A stretch of DNA of 61,608 nucleotides, counting the filler, from Stramenopiles sp. TOSAG23-3 (taxonomy: Eukaryota): NCBI GenBank assembly GCA_900128585.1. It is 14 parts of 14 records of this genome, joined end to end, with 100 filler letters (N's around TTAATTAATTAA, not from the genome) between each part and the next. Parts side by side here need not be neighbours in the genome. Positions count along the whole stretch, not along the records: positions 49,282 to 55,400 come from LT643380.1; positions 55,501 to 61,608 come from LT643381.1; 12 more parts are not named here. One strand, 5' to 3'. The notes beneath the pieces are model-generated. The model was given only the letters and a program-made list of their open reading frames with translations, did no database searches and was not told where the DNA came from. Shown here piece by piece: positions 55,257-61,608 of this stretch. Position numbers and translations under genes: made by a program. How positions within the stretch are numbered: the first letter of the stretch is position 1; every line of letters starts with the position of its first letter.

Positions 55257-55400
55257 CAAGTGATTCATGTCGCATTTTAAAATTACTTTGGAAACCAACC
55301 CAATGATGTAATAAATATCCATATCAAAACACATTAGAATACAAAACGAATAAAAGGGTTGGTTTCCAAAATAATTTTAAAATGCGACATGAATCACTTG
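55257..55400. mobile_element. 144-bp MITE-like element with 45-bp terminal inverted repeats
   Basis: caagtgattcatgtcgcattttaaaattactttggaaaccaaccc (55257-55301) matches its reverse complement at 55356-55400 at 44/45 positions. Confidence 0.8.
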
Positions 55401-55744
55401 NNNNNNNNNNNNNNNNNNNNNNNNNNNNNNNNNNNNNNNNNNNNTTAATTAATTAANNNNNNNNNNNNNNNNNNNNNNNNNNNNNNNNNNNNNNNNNNNN
55501 TAGTAAATCTGATAGATTGTTTTAATGTAACTTGCAATACATTAATGCCGGTTATAGCTATGCATAATAAAATAATGTAATAAAGAAATCCAAAAAATAT
55601 ACCCTCCGCTATATATATATGTAAAGAAAGAAACAGAAAGAGTAACAACAAACAAAAAATCGCCGTTTTATCTTTATTAAGTTAAGGTTTATACCATTCT
55701 TCCAAAAACAAGAATAAATACACCCGTCCGCCAGTCCCTACACG

Positions 55745-56584
55745 ATGAAAGTTCTTATTGCAGTTACTTTAGCGCTCTGCCTTCTCGAAGGTGCGAGGGC
55801 GAACGACCCGGCCGGAAGTTGGCTGAGTTATGCCGTTTTCAAAGCGGAGAACGAGGGCAGGATCACACAGCTCAATACGACTTGGACTGTCCCATCGAAC
55901 CCATCGACATCGTGGGGTTCGAACGCTCCTGGGTGGTGGTTTGGAGTCCAAACAGCAGACGGTGCCGGGGCCTTGATTCAGCCCATTTTGGCGTACGGCT
56001 ACCAAGGCTCGGTTTTCTCGATCTTCAACGGCGTCTTCGACTGGAATGATGGGTCGTGGCACACGTCCGATGAAACGTACACTGTGAAGCCAGGTGACAA
56101 CATCACATCGAGCGTAGTGTACCACGCCTCCGACAATTCATATGACATGATCATTGCCAGCAACGGCCAATCAATCACGACAAACTACAAAATACTGAAA
56201 GAGCAAGGCTCCAAACCAGAATCGGTTGCATACTTTGTTCTCGAGCACCAACCATTGTAAGTACTCATCTACACCCCCGTCCTTCAATATTGCAGCGCGG
56301 TTCCAACGCCTTTTTTTACCACACGATTCTAACAATTTTTACCACGCAGCACTTGCAAGGCCTACCCAACAGATGGGGTTTGTACCTTTGAAAATATTTA
56401 CGTGGAAGTTGAAGGCAAGGCAGTCGAAAACCCAAAATGGGAAGCCAAACAAGAACAGCCGGCCTGCAACAGCAAGGCAGAAATTGTGGACTCCGAAACT
56501 ATTAAGTTCACATGGGATGCCACCGGAGATGCAAACCCAAAAGCCAAGCTCCCAAAGGAGAAGAAGTGGGGATACGGGCAGTAA
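55745..56584 (+). CDS. Secreted protein, glutamic-peptidase (G1/eqolisin)-like; exons 55745-56256 and 56350-56584
   Basis: Signal peptide MKVLIAVTLALCLLEGARA. The intron GTAAGT...TTCTAAC...GCAG (56257-56349) joins the ORFs in frame (HQPFTCKAYP). Motifs WFGVQ..ALIQPIL, VKPGDNITSSV and FVLE. Confidence 0.75.
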
Positions 56585-56730
56585 AACAAATGCGCGTTAG
56601 GAAGTAGTATGTATAAAGGCGACTCCCGTTTTTTTTGAATAATGTACGCAGAGCTGATTTATTATTGAAAAAATAAGTTATATAGTATGTTTTAAGACGC
56701 TCAAAAATATCATAATATCTTACTGATTTG

Positions 56731-57200
56731 TTATAAAAACAAGAAAAATTGGCTGTTATTTTTTATGATTAGTAATTAAAATNNNNNNNNNNNNNNNNNN
56801 NNNNNNNNNNNNNNNNNNNNNNNNNNNNNNNNNNNNNNNNNNNNNNNNNNNNNNNNNNNNNNNNNNNNNNNNNNNNNNNNNNNNNNNNNNNNNNNNNNNN
56901 NNNNNNNNNNNNNNNNNNNNNNNNNNNNNNNNNNNNNNNNNNNNNNNNNNNNNNNNNNNNNNNNNNNNNNNNNNNNNNNNNNNNNNNNNNNNNNNNNNNN
57001 NNNNNNNNNNNNNNNATCCTTTTTTTTTTTTTTTTAGAATATCTGAAGAATATTAAAGTTTTTTTTTTAAATGTGTGTTTTTTAATGTTAAAAAGAGGAT
57101 CTGCAATAGGAGGAGATATTTGTTCTTGAACTGACACCTTCTTTTTTCTTTAATTTTAATTACTATAAAAAAATAACAGCCAATTTTTCTTGTTTTTAAA
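56731..57200. mobile_element. Apparently full-length TIR copy of the gene-3'-end repeat, spanning an assembly gap (56783-57015)
   Basis: Left ttataaaaacaagaaaaattggctgttattttttat..agtaattaaaat; right attttaattactataaaaaaataacagccaatttttcttgtttttaaa (inverted). Confidence 0.65.
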
Positions 57201-57446
57201 GAAATTGTTTTATCTAAATCTAGAGTTCAGTTCGCAGTACATATATACTTAAATAACAGCGAATTTTCTTGTTTTTTTCCTTTCATATATATAATATGAT
57301 CTTAACTGATCTTAAACTGAAAAACAGATAAACTGTTACCCGCGGCTGAAAAAGTTTTAGAAGAGAGAAAGAGGATCGATCCGCGCGCGTGCGAGATGTG
57401 AGGTGTGAGAGCCTTCACTTCTTTATACCAGTATTATTATACGTAC

Positions 57447-57590
57447 TCATCCGCGTTGCATTTGGCAGCAGCAGCAAAGCACTCTAAGGCTATTGATGTC
57501 TTAAAAGTATTGCTATCCCACGATTGCCTAGAGATCAACCAACAGAGTAAAGATTTGTTTACACCATTACATTTTGCATCCGGTCGTGGC
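57447..57590 (+). pseudogene. Ankyrin-repeat fragment
   Basis: SALHLAAAAKHSKAIDVLKVLLSHDCLEINQQSKDLFTPLHFASGRG; no ATG, and truncated by a stop at 57611. Confidence 0.6.
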
Positions 57591-58346
57591 CAGTCTCCCA
57601 CGGGATTGTAGAACGGGGCGCTATCGAGCTCGTCGAGCATTTTTCCACCACCGCTACGAGCGAAGTTGGAAGAGCATATAGGAATGACCGACCGGATCAA
57701 ATATGTTACTCGGAAGCGTCTGGAGGCCGTAACCCCATATGCCGGGACGTGGCCGGAAGCAATGGCCCTCGGGGCCTTGCCCCAAAATATAACGCACACG
57801 GTGGACTGTGTGACGAACACGGTGGACTCTTTGTGGAAGGTGTGCGGAGACGACTCTCGAGACGGGAGCTGGTATACCAAGCGCGGTTTACTGACCGGTA
57901 TATACGTGTCTACGGAGCTGTATATGCTGACGGACACCTCCTTAGCGTACGAAGACACTTGGAACTACCTGGACCGTCAGGTCGACAACATTGTTTCAGT
58001 TGGGCGAGTGGTCGGAGGCGCGACCTCGAAAGCCAAAGAGGGGGCGACCGCGTACGGGATGACTGGAGGCACCATGCCGCAAGGGAGTGATTTCGAGGCC
58101 GTGGCGTCCGTAGTGGGTGCAAACGCTTCCAGCCTGTTCTCGACGATGACGACCATGGTCGCGCAGGCCATTTCGGAAAAGGAATCGGACCGTCCTCGTG
58201 GCACACCCAGTGCCCCGGAAGAAGACGAACATACGAAGAAGCTGCTGGATGACTTAGAAAACGATCCATTCTTTAACGGGGCACCGTTTGAGGAGGGTTC
58301 GTTTAGCAGGGAAGAAATAATAGAGGATCCTCCAAATGAAAAGTAA
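57590..58346 (+). pseudogene. COQ9: Ubiquinone biosynthesis protein COQ9, 5'-truncated and frameshifted (or chimeric assembly)
   Basis: PVSHGIVERGAIELVEHF in one frame, then RLEAVTPYAGTWPEAMAL...GDDSRDGSWYTKRGLLTGIYVSTELYMLTDTS...TWNYLDR in another. Confidence 0.75.
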
Positions 58347-58786
58347 ACGCTGTTCACGTTTTTCATACGAGCATTGCACAAAATAAGAGTACGAAGAAAG
58401 TCCGAAGCTGGATAAAATTAAGTAATGTGCGTTTAACAAAAAATAAATTATATCATACTGATAACTTAGGATTATAATGAACATTGAAACCTTTTTGGGA
58501 ATATTTTTGGGAATTATTGGGATTCCCAAGAAGCAGCTGCTCGGGCCAACGCTGCCGGCCTTCTGGCGTTCTGGGTCACGGTACCGGTACTATTAATACA
58601 GGGCCCCCGCCCATAATAATAAATAGAAGACGACTACAGAATTCCACCAGAAAGTATATAATATAGGAAAACCCATTCAATTTGTATTAAAAGACATTAA
58701 ATCTCCCAGAACAAATAATTTCTTAAGCGTGTGCTTTGATGAAGCTTTCGAGGCGCATAGGGAATATTCAATAGTGAAACTCTACG

Positions 58787-61396
58787 ATGAAATTGAGCAG
58801 TCTCTTCCCGCTGTTGCTTTTAGCTCACATAAGCAGAGGGATAAAAGGTCTCCCGCCCATTTACCCCACGCAATACAATATTGTTAACGAAAATCCCGCA
58901 CCCCCGTCAAACAGTTCGTACCCGTCTTCCTGGGATGGTATGCCTATTGGAAATGGCGATGTTGCCGCGTTGGTGTGGTTTGAAGAGGCTACTGGTGACA
59001 CCGTCTTGATGGTATCAGCGTCCAATGCGTACGATGAATTTCACGAATTAATCAAGCTTGGCCGCATTCGCATTCACTTTAGCCCCAGACAGACTCCAAG
59101 TTTAGATTTTAAGGCAACACTGCATTTTGAAAACGCCACCATTGTGTGCGATTATGGTGATTTCCGCATTGTTATGTTCGTTGACCCGTTCAACAACATT
59201 AAAATAGAAACTTTCAGCAAGAGCAGTGAACCTTACAATATGTTAGCGACGTTTGAAACGTGGAGAAACGAATCGCACAGCGTCCCGATGTATGGCGGTG
59301 GGCCGTGTGGCTGTGGGCCTTGCAACAAAACAAAACTAATTCGCCGGCCCGATATTATTACATCGTTTTCTGAAGCGTTAGGCTGTGGAATTGACGACGC
59401 TGCCCATTCGGACGTTGTGTGGTACCATCGAAACGAGCGTCGGCCAGATGTTTTTGGCGAGAAGCTGCAAACGCTATGGGCTTACGAGATTCACCAAGCT
59501 GGTCTGCTGGACAACGTGCTATTGGAGCGCAATACGTCACGGGACACGTTAACTAATAAAACGTTTGGTGGAAGCCTACACGGGGATACCAATAAATTGT
59601 GGACGAGAGTGAATAGTCGCTCTATTCGAACACAATCAGAAGTTACATCGGCCTCAATCACTGTGTTTATATTAGAAGAACAAACAGATTCCGTTGCGGA
59701 TTTTTTGACCTTGTTGAAAGCAAAAGTCATTAATGCCTCTTCCCTTAAAGACGTCGCAACACGCAACGAAATGCACAATCAAGTTTGGAAGTCTTTCTGG
59801 GAACGGTCATACATCAAAGTATTAAAAATTGCAAATGCATCCCAAAGTGCATTTCATACCACCCAGATGTATATAGCAATCCGCTATATTGCATTATGCC
59901 AGCAACGTGGGAAAGGGATACGCAAATTCAATGGAGGAATATTTAACCCAGACCCCGGTGCGTACGCAAAATATTGTCAAAATGTGCCCCCAGGTGGCTC
60001 CGGTGGCCCCTGCAATGCCGATTATCGTGGCTGGAGTGGGGCGTACTGGTTCCAAAACACCCGAAATTCCTATTGGCCCCGCTTTGCAGATGGTGATTAC
60101 GATGCCATAACCCCATTTTTTGACTTGTATAAGCAAATTTTGCCACTTGCAAAACTGCGCACGAAACTCTGGTGGCAGCATGAGAATGCTGCATGGTTTC
60201 ATGAAATGATTTGGAACTTTGGCATCATGCCTTCCGATGTCTATGGCTGCAATAGGACTCTAAGGTCTTCATCTTGGATTCAATGCACATACCACCGATA
60301 TTATTATACCCAAGGCCTGGAACTAAGCTGGATGGTGCTGAATTTTTTCTTGCACACTGGCGATGTTAATTTTGCCAAAAACATTTTGATTCCCATAATA
60401 ACCAGCGTCCTTCAGTTTTTTCTTCAGCACTTTGGGCCGAGTGCAGCAGGGGATTACTATAATGATGTCGATTGGAGGGGAAAGGTATGGACCAAAGCAG
60501 GCGGTCCGTTTGCACCAACAGGAGATGGTCGCATAGTCATAACCCCGAGCCAAGCGCTGGAAACATGGCAAGAATGCATCAACCCAACAGACCAAATTGT
60601 TGGTCTCTATCGTGTCACCGAAGCCTTCCTAGACCTGCCAAGGGAAATTTTGGAGAATACTCCCGTTTCCGATTTGAATTCGATCAAGTCCCTGCATGCA
60701 AAATTACCGTCCATCCCTGTGGAATTCGATGAAAAGCTTGGAACATACAAATTAAAGCGCGGAGAATATTGCAGTAGGAACGGCAATAATGAGAACACGG
60801 CTTTGTACGCGATACATCCATTTCATTACCTGTCGGTCAATCAAACCAGATTACCCAAACTATATACCGGTGGTATCACTGACCTTGGATTGAAAGAAGG
60901 GATTGCATCGTATAGACGGCGCGACTTTCTGAACGCCAACGTCGGGGAACACCAAGCAATTATACAAGCGGCGCGCTTAGGCCTTTCAGACGAAGTAGCA
61001 AATATGGTAGTTGAGAGGTTCGCCTTGAGCCAGCTGAAAACCCCGTATAACCATGCCATGAAATTTCCAGGTTTCTATGGGGTATTAAAAAACGATTTCA
61101 ATTGGTTTCCGGATGCCGAACACGGTGATGTAAACGCTCTGGCACTCCAGTTTATGCTTCTACAAAACGACGGTAGGCGCATTTTGTTGTTTCCAGCATT
61201 CCCAGAAAATAATGAGTGGCCGGATATATCATTTAAATTGAGGGCCTTTTATAACACAACAGTAAGTGTTTCATGCCGCAATGGTCGTTTGACAGAACTG
61301 GTGGTAGTACCAAAACAGAGAGAAAGGGATGTTGTGTTTGTTGGGAAAAATTGTAGACCAAAAAGGCACAAACGAAATATTTTTAAAACTCCTTAG
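58787..61396 (+). CDS. Secreted DUF5703/GH95-like (alpha/alpha)6 glycoside hydrolase
   Basis: Signal peptide; DGMPIGNGDVAALVW, LIKLGRIRI, WKSFWERSYI, KFNGGIF, DYRGWSGAYWFQNTR, LYAIHPF and LQFMLLQ..RILLFPAFP motifs. Confidence 0.8.
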   Translation: MKLSSLFPLLLLAHISRGIKGLPPIYPTQYNIVNENPAPPSNSSYPSSWDGMPIGNGDVAALVWFEEATGDTVLMVSASNAYDEFHELIKLGRIRIHFSPRQTPSLDFKATLHFENATIVCDYGDFRIVMFVDPFNNIKIETFSKSSEPYNMLATFETWRNESHSVPMYGGGPCGCGPCNKTKLIRRPDIITSFSEALGCGIDDAAHSDVVWYHRNERRPDVFGEKLQTLWAYEIHQAGLLDNVLLERNTSRDTLTNKTFGGSLHGDTNKLWTRVNSRSIRTQSEVTSASITVFILEEQTDSVADFLTLLKAKVINASSLKDVATRNEMHNQVWKSFWERSYIKVLKIANASQSAFHTTQMYIAIRYIALCQQRGKGIRKFNGGIFNPDPGAYAKYCQNVPPGGSGGPCNADYRGWSGAYWFQNTRNSYWPRFADGDYDAITPFFDLYKQILPLAKLRTKLWWQHENAAWFHEMIWNFGIMPSDVYGCNRTLRSSSWIQCTYHRYYYTQGLELSWMVLNFFLHTGDVNFAKNILIPIITSVLQFFLQHFGPSAAGDYYNDVDWRGKVWTKAGGPFAPTGDGRIVITPSQALETWQECINPTDQIVGLYRVTEAFLDLPREILENTPVSDLNSIKSLHAKLPSIPVEFDEKLGTYKLKRGEYCSRNGNNENTALYAIHPFHYLSVNQTRLPKLYTGGITDLGLKEGIASYRRRDFLNANVGEHQAIIQAARLGLSDEVANMVVERFALSQLKTPYNHAMKFPGFYGVLKNDFNWFPDAEHGDVNALALQFMLLQNDGRRILLFPAFPENNEWPDISFKLRAFYNTTVSVSCRNGRLTELVVVPKQRERDVVFVGKNCRPKRHKRNIFKTP

Positions 61397-61608
61397 CTTT
61401 AGCAGCCGCTCGAGTTTCTTGTTGAACATTTGCGTTTCGGTCCCGTTAGCAAATTATTTTTTCCGGCGCTAACTTCTACTTTCAACTATAATGAAGCAAT
61501 ATATTCTGTACGTCGCGCAATATATCTGGCCACCTTTTATCCAAGCTGCCAAAGATGGTAACATACACGATGTTGAAATTTTATTGAACGAGAAAGGCAT
61601 GGACGTAA

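Noticed and set aside
1012-55500. Regularly recurring TTAATTAATTAA flanked by N runs, resembling a repeat array
   Set aside because: It is an artificial six-frame-stop linker between concatenated contigs. Cross-contig gene neighbourhoods are therefore meaningless.

Overview
This window is eukaryotic DNA, most likely from an intron-poor stramenopile-like protist (inference), and uses the standard genetic code. It is not one locus. Fourteen contigs (five of 1011 bp, nine of about 6.1 kb) are joined by artificial 100-bp N44-TTAATTAATTAA-N44 linkers, so neighbourhood is meaningful only within a contig. Recognisable genes are clathrin heavy chain, SmG, a two-pore channel, COX11, METTL16, RPL8, RPS18, an intron-split RPL37 missed by the ORF track, sulfite oxidase (broken), COQ9 (broken), two MFS transporters, an ABC1 kinase and a DUF5703/GH95-like glycosidase. 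There are also ankyrin, TPR, ARM, LRR, C2, EF-hand and RING proteins. The most interesting observations are: (1) a signal-peptide/EGF-Cys-rich/7TM receptor fused to a complete calcineurin-B-like EF-hand module, with a free-standing lipidated paralogue of that module on another contig; (2) a repeat family (core AACAAGAAAATTGGCTGTTA) found just downstream of stop codons on seven contigs; (3) a circularisable 932-bp unit encoding a prenylated variable-LRR protein, probably a tandem array; (4) a two-pore channel with Arg-Lys in selectivity filter II; (5) three ribosomal-protein genes within 5 kb; (6) several foldback/MITE-like elements and frameshifted genes. All family assignments come from motif recognition by eye; no searches were run.
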